A DNA stretch of 64,000 nt from a virus, in the IMG/VR virus record IMGVR_UViG_3300013102_000030, positions 64,001 to 128,000 of that record; one strand, given 5' to 3'. Numbering within the stretch: the stretch's first letter is position 1; each line of letters opens with the position of its first letter. Shown here piece after piece: positions 20,744 to 28,874 of this stretch. The position numbers were made by a program, and so were the translations under genes. A model generated the notes under the pieces. The model saw nothing but the letters and a program-made list of their open reading frames with translations, ran no database searches and had not been told where the DNA came from.

Positions 20744-22366
20744 ATGTCCAAGTACAACACTTCTTCTGCGCGTTCTCGCGCTGGTGTCGGCCCGATCAAG
20801 TCCGCACCTTCCACCAATCTTCGCACCTTTGAAGGTGCAACCGGCTTCGCTCGTGATGCCAAGTCTGAACTCTTCCTTGCCGCTGTCTCTGATTTCGGTG
20901 GAGAGGCAACTTTCTACGAGTCTGCCAGCAACCGCGCTGATCGTCTCAAGGGTCTTGCCCATGAGGTCGCTGTTCAGGATGCCGACTGGCTGACGAACTT
21001 CACTCAGTGGCTCCGCAACGAAGCCAACATGCGTACCGTCTCCCTCACCACTGCCCTTGAAGGTGCCAAGGCACTCAACAAGGCCGGTATTCCGGGTGGA
21101 CGCAAGCTGGTCTCCAACGCGATCCGTCGTGCTGATGAGGCCGGTGAAGCTCTCGCTTACTGGATGGCAAACAATGGTCGTAAGATCCCGTCTGCTGTCA
21201 AGCGCGGTATCGCTGATGGTGCTGTGAAGTCCTTCAGCGAGTACTCCCTTGCCAAGTACGACACGGCTTCCCACGGCTTCCGCTTCGGTGACGTGATCGA
21301 ACTGACCCACCCGTCTCCTCGGGACGAGAAGCAGTCCGACCTGTTCAAGTTCGCGCTTGACCGTCGTCGTGACGCTGCCGCAGAGCCTTCTGAGAACCTG
21401 ACCATGCTCCAGAAGCGTAAGGAATTCCTCGCGCTTTCTGACGCTGAGAAGCGTGAACTGGTCAACTCCGGTAAGGCTCTCGATGTCCTGTCTCAGGCTG
21501 GCCTGACGTGGGAGGTTCTGTCCTCTGCGTACGGTAAGGGTGGTCTCGATGCCAAGGGCTGGGAAGCAATCATCCCTTCCATGGGTTACATGGCTCTGCT
21601 CCGCAACCTTCGTAACTTTGAAGAGAAGGGCGTTTCTGACGCTGTTCTGGATCAGGTAGCTGCACGGATCTCCGATCCTGCTGAAGTTGCCAAGTCCCGT
21701 CAGCTTCCGTTCCGCTTCCTCGCGGCCTATCAGGCGAACAAGGGTTCCCTCCGCTTCGGCTACCCTCTGGAGAAGGCCCTCAAGGCTTCTCTGGAGAACG
21801 TTCCGGCTCTGGATGGCGATACCCTGATCCTCGTGGACCGCTCCATCTCCATGTTCGGTACCCTCTCCAAGAGCACTCAGTTGAACTTCGCTGACTCTGC
21901 TGCTCTGTTTGGTTCCGCCCTTGCTCTGCGTGCAGAGAAGGCTACTCTTGTGGCCTTTGGCGATAACTCCAAGGAGATCTCCTTCAAGCGCAGCGATTCG
22001 GTTCTCAAGACCGTTGAGCGCTTTGAGCGCATGGGTGGTACGATGACCTATGACGCTCTGGTGAAGCACTTTGATCCGTCAAAGCACACCCGTGTTGTCC
22101 TCATCACCGATGAGCAGGCAACCGGTGCGTACTACCGATCCACGGCAAACCGTGGCTGGGGATACCAGACCGTTCAGGGAGACATCCTTGATGCCATTCC
22201 TTCCACCATCCCGGCATACACTTGGAACCTCGCGGGTTACAGGGCCGGTCACGGTGAGTCCAAGACGAACCGAACCTATCTGGGTGGTTTGTCCGATCAG
22301 GCTTTCAAGCTGATCCCGCTCCTTGAGCGTGGATACGACGCTGGCTGGCCTTGGGAAGTCAAGTGA
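20744..22366 (+). CDS. rsr: Ro60 / TROVE-domain RNA-binding protein (Rsr homologue) with C-terminal vWA domain
   Basis: TFYE, LRNEANMRT, YSLAKYD, HPSP, LTWE, MGYMALLRNLRN, SRQLPFRF, MIDAS DRSISM, ITDEQ. Confidence 0.93.
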   Translation: MSKYNTSSARSRAGVGPIKSAPSTNLRTFEGATGFARDAKSELFLAAVSDFGGEATFYESASNRADRLKGLAHEVAVQDADWLTNFTQWLRNEANMRTVSLTTALEGAKALNKAGIPGGRKLVSNAIRRADEAGEALAYWMANNGRKIPSAVKRGIADGAVKSFSEYSLAKYDTASHGFRFGDVIELTHPSPRDEKQSDLFKFALDRRRDAAAEPSENLTMLQKRKEFLALSDAEKRELVNSGKALDVLSQAGLTWEVLSSAYGKGGLDAKGWEAIIPSMGYMALLRNLRNFEEKGVSDAVLDQVAARISDPAEVAKSRQLPFRFLAAYQANKGSLRFGYPLEKALKASLENVPALDGDTLILVDRSISMFGTLSKSTQLNFADSAALFGSALALRAEKATLVAFGDNSKEISFKRSDSVLKTVERFERMGGTMTYDALVKHFDPSKHTRVVLITDEQATGAYYRSTANRGWGYQTVQGDILDAIPSTIPAYTWNLAGYRAGHGESKTNRTYLGGLSDQAFKLIPLLERGYDAGWPWEVK

Positions 22367-22435
22367 CTTTCCTCCTGCTCTTTCCGGTTGCTCTGGCTCT
22401 TTTGGGCTGGGGCAACCGGAAGGAGATGTGGTAAC

Positions 22436-22465
22436 TTGACCTCAGTCTGAGGACTGTGGTACAAT
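22436..22465 (+). promoter_or_regulatory. SigA-type promoter for Y5 and downstream RNAs
   Basis: TTGACC-18-TACAAT with extended TG; +1 falls at about the Y5 5' end. Confidence 0.7.
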
Positions 22466-22469
22466 AGAT

Positions 22470-22580
22470 TTACTGAAGCGCAGAGTAGAGTTACTTCATA
22501 TCATTCATGGTACGCCCTGTTGGAGGGTTTACGGGTTCAACTCCCGCGTAAAAATCTCTCTATTCGATTTTTCTCAGTGA
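22470..22580 (+). ncRNA. Y-RNA-like element Y5 (hairpin plus T-arm cargo)
   Basis: TACTGA/TCAGTG, GAAGCG, GAGTAGAG/CTCTATTC, TACTTC, CGGG-TTCAACT-CCCG. Confidence 0.75.
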
Positions 22581-22581
22581 T

Positions 22582-22655
22582 GCTTCCTTAGCTCAGTTGG
22601 CCAGAGCGGCGCTCTTGTAAAGCGTAGGTCGTCGGTTCGAATCCGACAGGAAGCT
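22582..22655 (+). tRNA. tRNA-Thr(TGT)
   Basis: GCGCT-CTTGTAA-AGCGT. Confidence 0.95.
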
Positions 22656-22658
22656 CTA

Positions 22659-22797
22659 GTCCAGAAGTGATAGATACCTGTTACTTCCTCTGTTAATGGA
22701 CGAGACCGTGGTTCGATTCCCGGATACCCCGCTTCATGGGGTATTAGTGTAATGGTTTAGCACTGTAAAATCACAGGGATCGCCTTTTTCTCTGGAC
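22659..22797 (+). ncRNA. YrlA-like Y RNA Y6 (circularly permuted tRNA domain)
   Basis: GTCCAGA/TCTGGAC stem, TACTTC, then T-arm, loop-closed acceptor stem ATACCCC/GGGGTAT, TA, D-arm GTGT-AATGGTTTA-GCAC. Confidence 0.85.
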
Positions 22798-22804
22798 AAA
22801 ATTT

Positions 22805-22951
22805 TGTGTGAAGTGTAAAGAAGAGTTACTTCTAACTCAAATCAGCGGGTCGCAGGTTCGAATCCTGTCACCTGACCGTTCGCGGTTGGGTGTAGCTCAG
22901 ATGGAAGAGCAGCCGACATCTAACAAGCCTCTTCTTGCTTGTTCTCACACG
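22805..22951 (+). ncRNA. YrlA-like Y RNA Y7 (circularly permuted tRNA domain)
   Basis: TGTGTGA/TCACACG stem, TACTTC, T-arm GCAGG-TTCGAAT-CCTGT, acceptor stem CACCTGACCG-TTCG-CGGTTGGGTG, D-arm GCTC-AGATGGAA-GAGC. Confidence 0.88.
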
Positions 22952-22955
22952 ATAT

Positions 22956-23030
22956 GGCGCTGTAGCTCAGTTTAGGCAGAGCGACTGATTGAAAATCAGT
23001 AGGTCGCGGGTTCGATCCCCGTTGGTGCCA
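22956..23030 (+). tRNA. tRNA-Phe(GAA)
   Basis: ACTGA-TTGAAAA-TCAGT. Confidence 0.95.
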
Positions 23031-23039
23031 CTCCCCCTT

Positions 23040-23111
23040 TGGGCTATAGGGTAAAGGCAACCCGGCGATCTTTGGAATCGTAGATTCTTGGTTCGAATCC
23101 AAGTAGCCCAG
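23040..23111 (+). tRNA. tRNA-Gln(TTG)
   Basis: GCGAT-CTTTGGA-ATCGT. Confidence 0.93.
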
Positions 23112-23155
23112 CTATGGTATAATATACTTGTTACGTAACACACTTAGGAGCTAAA

Positions 23156-23347
23156 ATGGCACTTCCAACCAACAAGATGTCTCAGGATGTCCTCTTCAAG
23201 ACTCAGGGCGCACGCGTCACTGAGGACTCAGAAAACGCACGTATCGCTATCCGCGACGACTCCCCTGCTGGTGACTCCACGGGCGAGTCCATTGCAACCG
23301 AAAACTCGGAAAACAAGCGTATTGGGACAGTAGTCTATCCTGCATAG
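23156..23347 (+). CDS. Small hypothetical protein
   Basis: TGGTATAAT promoter, AGGAG RBS, followed by a hairpin with T tract. Confidence 0.65.
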   Translation: MALPTNKMSQDVLFKTQGARVTEDSENARIAIRDDSPAGDSTGESIATENSENKRIGTVVYPA

Positions 23348-23403
23348 ATCTAATCGATGAAGGGGCGGACTGCTTGTACAAAGCGGTTCGCCCTTTTTCG
23401 TAG

Positions 23404-23475
23404 TCCGGTGTAGGGTAATGGCATCCCGACTGTCTCTGGAACAGTAGATTCTAGGTTCGAATCCTAGCACCGGAA
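23404..23475 (+). tRNA. tRNA-Gln(CTG)
   Basis: ACTGT-CTCTGGA-ACAGT. Confidence 0.93.
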
Positions 23476-23485
23476 CGCAAGACAA

Positions 23486-23559
23486 TCCCGCATAGCTCAG
23501 TTGGTTAGAGCGCCGTCCTGATAAGACGGAGGTCGTTGGTTCAAATCCAACTGTGGGAA
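23486..23559 (+). tRNA. tRNA-Ile(GAT)
   Basis: CCGTC-CTGATAA-GACGG. Confidence 0.95.
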
Positions 23560-23560
23560 C

Positions 23561-23725
23561 ATGGAACTACTAGGAACGTACGTCATCTGGGGACTTGTAC
23601 TAGCCTTGATTGTTGTGGCTGCTAAAGGTCTCGTAGGAAAAGCTGATCCGTCAGAGGATGACGGAATTGACTACGATTCAGACGGTGTGATACTGTTTGG
23701 ATTGAAACACCGCAAGAACAATTGA
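23561..23725 (+). CDS. Small membrane protein (54 aa)
   Basis: MELLGTYVIWGLVLALIVVAAK...; one transmembrane segment; no clear RBS. Confidence 0.45.
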   Translation: MELLGTYVIWGLVLALIVVAAKGLVGKADPSEDDGIDYDSDGVILFGLKHRKNN

Positions 23726-23746
23726 CACAACGACGAAAGGCATTAC

Positions 23747-24226
23747 ATGGAATTTCTCTGGTTTCTGGTACTGGTAGGACTGGCTGTCTGGCTGATCCTG
23801 AGGCACAAGAAGAAGGTAGCCGCACGGCGAGAAGCTGAGCGACGTGCAGAGCGTGAACGCGCTGAGGCCATCCGCAGGCAGATCGAATCGGTACAGCGGC
23901 AACAGCGAGAACGTGACGCTCGGGCAGCACACCCCGCAGGCCGACTCCTTGGAAACCGACTCCCGAAGTCCAGTACTCCCCGGAGCTACGGCTCCAGCAC
24001 CGGTCGAAGCTCTTCCAGCCGCAGCAGCAGTCGTAGCAGCTACGATGACTCCGGCACCAACCTTCTGACCGGTATCGCAATCGGATCGCTCTTCTCCGGA
24101 GGCAGCGACTCAGGTAGCCACCACACCAGCCACAGCAGCCACGACTCAGGATCTAGCTCCAGCAGCTACGATTCCGGCTCCAGCTACTCCGACTCCGGAT
24201 CTTCCTCCGGTGGAGGCTGGGAATAA
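23747..24226 (+). CDS. Membrane protein with Ser/Gly-rich tail
   Basis: GAAAGG RBS, N-terminal transmembrane segment, coiled coil, low-complexity C-terminus. Confidence 0.75.
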   Translation: MEFLWFLVLVGLAVWLILRHKKKVAARREAERRAERERAEAIRRQIESVQRQQRERDARAAHPAGRLLGNRLPKSSTPRSYGSSTGRSSSSRSSSRSSYDDSGTNLLTGIAIGSLFSGGSDSGSHHTSHSSHDSGSSSSSYDSGSSYSDSGSSSGGGWE

Positions 24227-24253
24227 GTTTTACGCTCTCCTCCGGGAGAGTTT

Positions 24254-24327
24254 GCCCCCATGGCAGTAGCGGATATCTCGCCGGACTTTCACTCCGGAGA
24301 TCGCGGGTTCGAATCCCGCTGGGGGTA
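24254..24327 (+). tRNA. tRNA-Glu(TTC)
   Basis: CCGGA-CTTTCAC-TCCGG. Confidence 0.9.
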
Positions 24328-24460
24328 CTGGATGTAGCTCAAGGTAGAGTACTTGGCGTTGTGACGGTTGCAAACGGAGCGCGCCCATGTCATGGTTGAT
24401 CGCCTGATGTGTCGGTTTGTAGCCGAAGTGGATAGCGGTATCGTAGTCCGCTCATCCTTC
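24328..24460 (+). ncRNA. tRNA-like RNA with a ~60-nt insertion in the anticodon arm
   Basis: GGATG/CATCC acceptor, TA, D-arm GCTC-AAGGTA-GAGT, CTTGGC/GCCGAAG stem, T-like arm AGCGG-TATCGTAGT-CCGCT. Confidence 0.6.
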
Positions 24461-24465
24461 CGTTT

Positions 24466-24538
24466 GGCCCTGTAGAGTAGCGGATAACTCATTTCTCTCT
24501 CACAGAAAAGATCACGGGTTCGAATCCCGTCAGGGTCA
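24466..24538 (+). tRNA. tRNA-Glu(CTC)
   Basis: TTTCT-CTCTCAC-AGAAA. Confidence 0.92.
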
Positions 24539-24591
24539 CGAGGCATCTATGCCTGTAGTATGGACTAACCCTTCAGAGGCAAAAATAGTAT

Positions 24592-24675
24592 GGAGATGTG
24601 GCAGAGCGGCCTAATGCGCTAGTCTTGAAAACTAGTGGGTGTAATGCCCCAAGGGTTCAAATCCCTTCGTCTCCG
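24592..24675 (+). tRNA. tRNA-Ser(TGA)
   Basis: CTAGT-CTTGAAA-ACTAG; long variable arm. Confidence 0.93.
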
Positions 24676-24742
24676 CGTGTTTGGTTCCGTCCGTTACGGG
24701 ACTAGGATGACAACCTGATCTGTGAAAAGACAAACAGTCTCT

Positions 24743-24826
24743 GGAGAGGCCAGTCTGGTTTCGGAAGCCTGTTTGGAACACAGGTATGGGTTCACGCCCT
24801 CGTGGGTTCAACTCCCATCCTCTCCG
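24743..24826 (+). tRNA. tRNA-Ser(GGA), degenerate D-arm
   Basis: CCTGT-TTGGAAC-ACAGG; long variable arm; D-stem poorly paired. Confidence 0.8.
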
Positions 24827-24887
24827 CTTTGGGCGGCCTATCATACACTATAATAGAAGTTGTACCAATTTCTATCTTAGGTGTTAC

Positions 24888-25586
24888 ATGGCTGAGAAAA
24901 CTTTCAACTGGATTCCGCTATTCGATGAACGATCCAAGGACTACCCACTACGAGCAGCCATCAAGGAACGCCCCACAAGGCGAACCAAGAAGTGGCGAAA
25001 CGGAGTGATCCTTGATCAGGGACGTGAAGGTGCTTGTGTAGGCTTTGGATGGACCGCTGAGGCCCTTTCAACGCCTGTGGCAGTGGATCTCAAGCGAGTC
25101 AAGGCTGATGTCCCAGATGACCCTACTGCGTTCGCACAGCACATCTACCACCGAGCTAAAGAGCTTGACGAGTATGATGGTGTGGACTATGATGGAACTT
25201 CAGTCCTTGCCGGAGCGAAAGCTATGCGTGAGGCTGGCCTCATCAAGGAGTTCCGCTGGTGCTTTGGCATTGAAGATGTCATCGATGCTCTTCTCACCAA
25301 GGGTCCGGTCATTCTCGGGATCTACTGGTACGAGAGCATGTACGATGCTCCAGAAGGCATTGTCTCCGTCTCCGGGGAGATTGTTGGTGGACACTGCATT
25401 GCTGCTGTAGGATTCAAGCTGGCAAAGGATTCACCAACAGGTGAAGACACCATCATCCTTCAGAACTCATGGGGATACAACTGGGGCACGTTCGGTCTTG
25501 CTGAGATCCGTGTCTCTGAGCTAGCCACTCTCCTGAAGAACTCTGGAGAAGCTTGCGTTGTAACAAAGCGCAGCTACGGTCGCTAG
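24888..25586 (+). CDS. Papain-like (C1) cysteine peptidase
   Basis: DQGREGACVGF, GGHCI, QNSWGYNWG. Confidence 0.85.
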   Translation: MAEKTFNWIPLFDERSKDYPLRAAIKERPTRRTKKWRNGVILDQGREGACVGFGWTAEALSTPVAVDLKRVKADVPDDPTAFAQHIYHRAKELDEYDGVDYDGTSVLAGAKAMREAGLIKEFRWCFGIEDVIDALLTKGPVILGIYWYESMYDAPEGIVSVSGEIVGGHCIAAVGFKLAKDSPTGEDTIILQNSWGYNWGTFGLAEIRVSELATLLKNSGEACVVTKRSYGR

Positions 25587-25625
25587 TGGTATAATGAAAC
25601 AGTTCGGGATCTGTAAAATCCCTCT

Positions 25626-25698
25626 GGGAGATTAGCTCAGTTGGTAGAGCGCCACTTTTACACAGTGGATGTCATCGGTTCGAATCCGGTATCTCCTA
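25626..25698 (+). tRNA. tRNA-Val(TAC)
   Basis: CCACT-TTTACAC-AGTGG. Confidence 0.95.
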
Positions 25699-25699
25699 C

Positions 25700-25782
25700 G
25701 CTTCCGTGGCGGAATGGCAGACGTGCCGACCTCAAGACTCGGTGTCCTTCGTGGCGTGTGGGTTCGAATCCCACCGGGAGTA
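25700..25782 (+). tRNA. tRNA-Leu(CAA)
   Basis: Anticodon loop CTCAAGA; variable arm. Confidence 0.9.
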
Positions 25783-25829
25783 CTCAAATACAAAGATAAA
25801 GACAATACAAGAACAACGGAAAAGGAACA

Positions 25830-27176
25830 TTGACTACTCACACGCGCACTGTTCTCAAGGAACGTCAACTTCATGGTAAGACATGGGAGGGGCAGAAGAC
25901 TTGGGAGAGTTTGAAACAGACCGTTCTTGTGGAGGGTCCGGACACTGTCTCCATCTACGAGAACACCCTCACAGAAGGTATCTCAGTCAATGGTAAGCCA
26001 TGGAAACGGTGGTCACTGGAATCAGCAGTGTACTTCTCCATGCGCGGCACCTATGAAGGCAAGCCTGTTCTGAAGGTCTTCCGAAAGAAGAAGTACCGTG
26101 CTCCCGGAGCAGCACGTCTAACTACCAGCCTTCGTGATGTCACTAAGACCTCTGGATTCACTGCTGGATACGTCCAGAACGTTCCGGAGGTACGAGAGGC
26201 AGTTCTGAAGCTTGTAGCAGCGAAAACGTCAAAAGACATTGAAGATGTCAAGAAATCGATCCCTACTGATGGCAGATCTCCTCATCCTCTTTTCGGAATG
26301 GCATTTCCGCTCTTCGCTCATTGGGACGACGCTGTTGCCACTGTAGGAATCCCGCACATGCGGTCATCCAACATCAATGACTTCACTCAGAAGCTGTTTG
26401 GCAAGACCCGTTACCGAAAGGACTTGGTCAAGGCTGTAGCCAACTGCCCAGACCCTGACCTCCTGAAGAACGCCTACGAACTCCGTGGACTGGTCCCGAT
26501 TGACTGGATCATCCGTTACCTCCGGGAATCAGCAGAGCAGCATCAGCCAAAGCGGAATCGGGGGATTACCTATCATACTCCTATGAAGATCCACAATCTT
26601 CGTGAAGGGTTCAAGAAGATGACTCCTGCTCAGCGGAAGTCTCTCTTCCCGGCCCTACTTGACATGAAGGCTCACACCCGTTACGTCGTGGAAGACACCA
26701 TGCGATCCATCGACAAGCTTCCGGAAGAGACTGTCCACACCGTGAAGATGAAGGCTTCAGAACTGCGCCGCGTTCACGATGAACTGGCTGCTGAAGTACG
26801 GAAGCTTCGTGAAGCCAACCTGACCATTCCCGTCAGTGACCTTGCCAAGAAGATCAAGGAAGCCACCTTTGACGGGATCTCGGTTGTCCCTGCATCCAAC
26901 ACTCACGAGGTCATCGGATGGGGCAGAGACATGAACCACTGCATTGCCAGCTACAACCGGCATGCTGTCTCCAAAGAGCGGACCCTTGTCGGAATCTACA
27001 AGGACGGCAACCTTATCGGTAATGCGAGTTTCCGTGCGGACAACACCTGTGAGCAGGCATTCGGAAAGAACAACCAGCGCATGCCTGAAGAGGTTCTGGA
27101 GTCCCTGAAGGATGGCCTGAAGGGCGTTGTCAACTTCAAGGGAGCTTGGGGTGTAGACAAGAACTCCTACTTCTGA
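25830..27176 (+). CDS. PcfJ-like domain protein
   Basis: C-terminal VHDEL...WGRDMNHCIASY...QAFGKNN. Confidence 0.7.
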   Translation: MTTHTRTVLKERQLHGKTWEGQKTWESLKQTVLVEGPDTVSIYENTLTEGISVNGKPWKRWSLESAVYFSMRGTYEGKPVLKVFRKKKYRAPGAARLTTSLRDVTKTSGFTAGYVQNVPEVREAVLKLVAAKTSKDIEDVKKSIPTDGRSPHPLFGMAFPLFAHWDDAVATVGIPHMRSSNINDFTQKLFGKTRYRKDLVKAVANCPDPDLLKNAYELRGLVPIDWIIRYLRESAEQHQPKRNRGITYHTPMKIHNLREGFKKMTPAQRKSLFPALLDMKAHTRYVVEDTMRSIDKLPEETVHTVKMKASELRRVHDELAAEVRKLREANLTIPVSDLAKKIKEATFDGISVVPASNTHEVIGWGRDMNHCIASYNRHAVSKERTLVGIYKDGNLIGNASFRADNTCEQAFGKNNQRMPEEVLESLKDGLKGVVNFKGAWGVDKNSYF

Positions 27177-27315
27177 TATAATTGTTACAACACGACGGCA
27201 ATTCGGCCTCTGATAAAGAGGGGATTGCAGGATGCCCTGTTCGCCCGAGCAGTAGGACCGTTCTCTTGGCTAAGGTAACCAGTAGGCCACTGGGGAAGTA
27301 AGCAATCGGGCATCT

Positions 27316-27388
27316 GCCTCAATAGCTCAGTGGATAGAGCACTTGCCTACGGAGCAAGGTGTCGGGAGTTCGAATCTCTCTTGGGGTA
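27316..27388 (+). tRNA. tRNA-Arg(ACG)
   Basis: CTTGC-CTACGGA-GCAAG. Confidence 0.93.
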
Positions 27389-27450
27389 CTGGATGTTTGG
27401 AAGGAACCGGAAAGCTGGGTTGATCGGTGTGACGGGAGCCAAACATCTCT

Positions 27451-27535
27451 GGAAGTGTGCCAGAGCGGTCTAATGGGCATCACTGCTAATGATGAGCGTG
27501 TAACAGCGCCGCAGGTTCGAATCCTGTCACTTCCG
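27451..27535 (+). tRNA. tRNA-Ser(GCT)
   Basis: CATCA-CTGCTAA-TGATG; variable arm. Confidence 0.93.
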
Positions 27536-27536
27536 C

Positions 27537-27914
27537 GTGAATACTACAAACAAGAAACTGCTTGAGGAAGAGCTTGAACTCCTCAAGAACGCAAAAGATC
27601 GAACACTCAGGTCATGCCTCATGGCAGGTATCCTCCACATTCCTGAAGGACTGACGTTCTGGAACTCAGACACAGATGAAGATCCAAGGAATGCTTTCGT
27701 GGAAGAGCTTTCGGATGCTCTAGTTGAGCAGACGAAGGGGGACATCGATAGCATAGCCACTTACGCTCCGATCATCATTCAGGGTCCGGTGGAGTTGCTA
27801 CGAGAAGTCCGACTTCAGAAGTTCGGTGACTCCCACTTTCTGGAAGTCCTACAGGATCGAATCGATGTCATTGAAAGCCGACTTGCGTTGATCGAAGAGG
27901 CCGTGGTACAATAG
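27537..27914 (+). CDS. Hypothetical protein
   Basis: 125-aa ORF between tRNA genes. Confidence 0.6.
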   Translation: MNTTNKKLLEEELELLKNAKDRTLRSCLMAGILHIPEGLTFWNSDTDEDPRNAFVEELSDALVEQTKGDIDSIATYAPIIIQGPVELLREVRLQKFGDSHFLEVLQDRIDVIESRLALIEEAVVQ

Positions 27915-27926
27915 ATACACACGTTC

Positions 27927-28012
27927 GGGCGTGTGGCGGAATGGTAGACGCGCTAGCTTGAGGTGCTAGTGGGCTGAAAATGCCCGTGTGGGTTCGACTC
28001 CCATCATGCCCA
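27927..28012 (+). tRNA. tRNA-Leu(GAG)
   Basis: CTAGC-TTGAGGT-GCTAG. Confidence 0.93.
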
Positions 28013-28128
28013 CGACTTTTTGGTTTCTTACGTCTGGCAAAGGAACTAGGGTGGCAACCTGACTGGTCTAGAACAGTCTAATTGCTGGGTTTAGCTCACC
28101 CGTGATGTGCACGTCCAAAGAAGCTGCT

Positions 28129-28210
28129 GGGTGCGTGGCGGAATGGCAGACGCGCAGGGTTTAGGTTCCTGTGTCTTTATGGCGTGTGAGTTCAAGTCTC
28201 ACCGTGCCCA
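28129..28210 (+). tRNA. tRNA-Leu(TAG)
   Basis: CAGGG-TTTAGGT-TCCTG. Confidence 0.93.
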
Positions 28211-28384
28211 CGATAGCGGATGGCACCGCTACCCCTACCTCAGGGTGAAGAGGGGTCTCAGTTGGTGGACCTAAAAGGGCTAACAGGGTTCAGTCGGAGA
28301 ACGCTATGACGTGAGTCAGGTAGATCGACAGGTGGCGACTCCCTAAAGTAGTCACGGTGATGGATGCCAGTCCTAGTCCGTTAC

Positions 28385-28458
28385 GCCTCCATAGCTCAGC
28401 AGGATAGAGCAGCGGCCTTCTAATCCGCAGGTCGTTGGTTCGAATCCAACTGGGGGCA
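28385..28458 (+). tRNA. tRNA-Arg(TCT)
   Basis: Anticodon loop CTTCTAA. Confidence 0.93.
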
Positions 28459-28562
28459 CTGAACGGTCAAGGAGTCGGTAAGATTGCGTTGCCACAGTTT
28501 CACCTGTAGACTCTTTGCAGGGTGATATCGTCGTCGCAAAGGCACGTAACACCGTTCAACAT

Positions 28563-28634
28563 GGATCTGTAGCTCAGAGGCAGAGCACCGCACTCTTAAT
28601 GCGGGGGTCGAGATTTCGAAATTCTCCGGGTCTA
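28563..28634 (+). tRNA. tRNA-Lys(CTT)
   Basis: CCGCA-CTCTTAA-TGCGG. Confidence 0.9.
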
Positions 28635-28654
28635 CTCAACAACTGAATATCAAT

Positions 28655-28738
28655 GGGGTCGTGCGCTGAGCGGACGAAGGCACCTGACTGTAAATCAGGC
28701 ACAAAGACACATCGTAGGTTCGAATCCTACCGGCCCCA
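28655..28738 (+). tRNA. tRNA-Tyr(GTA)
   Basis: CCTGA-CTGTAAA-TCAGG. Confidence 0.9.
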
Positions 28739-28745
28739 CTCTCTC

Positions 28746-28819
28746 GCCTCTATAGCTCAGGTCGGCAGAGCAGCGTACTTTTAATACGCGGGTCCTCGGT
28801 TCAAATCCGAGTGGGGGCA
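28746..28819 (+). tRNA. tRNA-Lys(TTT)
   Basis: GCGTA-CTTTTAA-TACGC. Confidence 0.93.
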
Positions 28820-28874
28820 CTACGGTACTAAGCATACTGTATAATTGGGTGTATCCAACAACCAAGGATACACT

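Noticed and set aside
20612-22069. 485-aa minus-strand ORF and other long antisense ORFs (e.g. 57261-58553, 62316-63374, 10551-11522)
   Set aside because: They are shadows of well-supported plus-strand genes with biased codon usage and have no motifs or RBS.
24328-24460. tmRNA or group I intron
   Set aside because: Too short, with no tag ORF, no Ala acceptor identity and no group I core.
24676-28560. HDV-like (theta) or hammerhead ribozymes after tRNAs
   Set aside because: I could not fit the nested double-pseudoknot order or a CUGANGA/GAAA core by eye. A covariance search is still worthwhile.
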